DNA of 64,000 nucleotides from an uncultured Verrucomicrobiota bacterium (GTDB lineage Bacteria; Auribacterota; JABMQX01): NCBI GenBank assembly GCA_964482435.1, contig CAYZXL010000006.1, positions 64,661 to 128,660 of the forward strand, read 5' to 3'. Shown piece by piece: positions 63,004 to 64,000 of this stretch (position 1 is its first letter; each line of letters starts with the position of its first letter). The notes under the pieces were generated by a model. It saw only the letters and a program-made list of their open reading frames with translations, ran no database searches and was not told where the DNA came from. The position numbers and the translations under genes were made by a program.

Positions 63004-63648
63004 CTATTTCAGGGCCTTTCGCCGGTATCGGTCATACTTGTCGAGGACGTCCTTTATGGAACTGCGGAGGCGGGGTGGGAGAACGGGGTTACGGTAATTG
63101 TCGGTGGCTTCACGGACGCTTCTTTCGGTGAGGCAATAAGCCGCCACGAGCAAGGGGGTCACGTCCCTGACACTGTTTTTGGTGGCTTCTTCGATTTCTT
63201 TTTTCAGCTTGGCGAGATACCACGCGCCGATTTCTGCGTTGTCTTTCGGATGCCACAGTCCCGGGACAAGCCGCATGCGGCATATATTACACACTCCCCG
63301 AACGGGATATACGATTCCCTTGTGGGGGGGATATTCTTTGTTTATGCAGACGTAGCCGAACTCGTAATCGGGGTTCTTCTTCTTGACCTCTGCCTTGTAC
63401 TCGCCAACTCCCTCCTGAGGCACCTGAAGGAGTCCAACTTCCCCGTTCTCCCCCATCGTGTAGTAGTTGAAACGCCCCCTTGCGTCCGCGACAGCTTTCA
63501 GAAGGGCGAAAGGCAGCCCGTACTTGACTGCCTTCTCCACTAAGAGGCCGTCGTAGCGGTGCGTTCTCCAGTTGTCGTAGGTGAAAAACGAACCGATGGA
63601 GAACGCGACTATCAGCACGGACAGCGATATGAGAACAGCCAAACGCAT
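63004..63648 (-). CDS. Membrane-anchored SLT-like (lytic transglycosylase fold) protein, apparently lacking the canonical catalytic Glu
   Basis: 214 aa, N-terminal TM MRLAVLISLSVLIVAFSIGSFF. SLT-like blocks: YGLPFALLKAVADARGRFN (Arg where the ES dyad is expected), GEVGLLQV, NAEIGAWYLAKL, LLVAAY. A Cys-rich insertion CINKEYPPHKGIVYPVRGVCNIC is present. Confidence 0.5.
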   Translation of the reverse strand: MRLAVLISLSVLIVAFSIGSFFTYDNWRTHRYDGLLVEKAVKYGLPFALLKAVADARGRFNYYTMGENGEVGLLQVPQEGVGEYKAEVKKKNPDYEFGYVCINKEYPPHKGIVYPVRGVCNICRMRLVPGLWHPKDNAEIGAWYLAKLKKEIEEATKNSVRDVTPLLVAAYCLTERSVREATDNYRNPVLPPRLRSSIKDVLDKYDRYRRKALK

Positions 63649-63698
63649 CGGAACGATTCCCCCCGCCTTTTCGGCTCATTTCCGGGGATGGTACGAGT

Positions 63699-64000
63699 TC
63701 AATTCTTTGCGCTTTCGGCAGCGGGTTCGTCCTGCGGCGGGCGAATCCACCTGCCCGTTTTCGTAAACTCCCAGAGCATCGCCAGGAGCGTGGTCTCGTC
63801 GGGCGCCTCAAGAGCGAGAGCCCCTTTGTCCGCCCAACCTAACCACATGACGACGCCATCCGCCACAAGGGAACTGTAATCCTTCCCCTCGACGGTCCGG
63901 AATTTTTTTCCCTTGCACTTGCCTTTCATCACCTCTGTGTAACACGAGACGAATTCCTCCCTGTCCTTCTCGGTGTCCCATGCCGTGACCCAGGCGAGAA
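63699..64000 (-). CDS. Hypothetical protein, 5' end outside the window
   Basis: The minus-strand frame is open from base 64000 (LAWVTAWDTEKDREEFVSCYTEVMKGKCKGKKFRTVEGKDYSSLVADGVVMWLGWADKG...) to the stop at 63699. The track lists only 63699..63932. No recognisable domain. Confidence 0.4.
   Translation of the reverse strand, partial: LAWVTAWDTEKDREEFVSCYTEVMKGKCKGKKFRTVEGKDYSSLVADGVVMWLGWADKGALALEAPDETTLLAMLWEFTKTGRWIRPPQDEPAAESAKN

Overview
GC-rich bacterial chromosomal segment. The repeat content and giant secreted proteins suggest a PVC-like or candidate-phylum organism, but this is a low-confidence inference. All calls rest on motif recognition by eye; no database search was possible.

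Three kinds of content alternate.

(1) Conserved housekeeping genes:
- smc.
- A ribose-type sugar ABC transporter operon with a TIM-barrel isomerase, plus a divergent Zn-dehydrogenase.
- mnmA.
- bioB-fabG-fabF-like.
- A classical minus-strand nusA-infB-DUF503-rbfA-nrnA-truB-ribF-rpsO-pnp cluster with an MBL hydrolase appended.

(2) An array of three orphan RHS C-terminal cassettes at 0.4-4.3 kb. Two carry different toxin tips, each followed by a membrane protein that is a presumed immunity gene. The third is a decayed remnant. No full-length rhs gene is in view.

(3) Islands of very large secreted proteins:
- Two tandem paralogous proteins of about 1650 aa (lectin/PKD/FN3/discoidin/CBM/MAM-like).
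- A 1946-aa LTD-CotH-TSP3-repeat protein.
- Three parallel beta-helix proteins.
- A TPR plus FG-GAP protein.

Five of these proteins share a ~60-aa domain ending in [FY]Y[RK][VI]. It is C-terminal in four and followed by a further ~125-aa domain in the fifth. It looks like a common sorting or anchoring module and is the most interesting candidate system here.

Intergenic DNA is filled with several families of short GC-rich mini-hairpin and tandem-nonamer repeats. One copy sits in-frame inside an RHS orphan.

No rRNA, tRNA, CRISPR array, transposase or reverse transcriptase was recognised.
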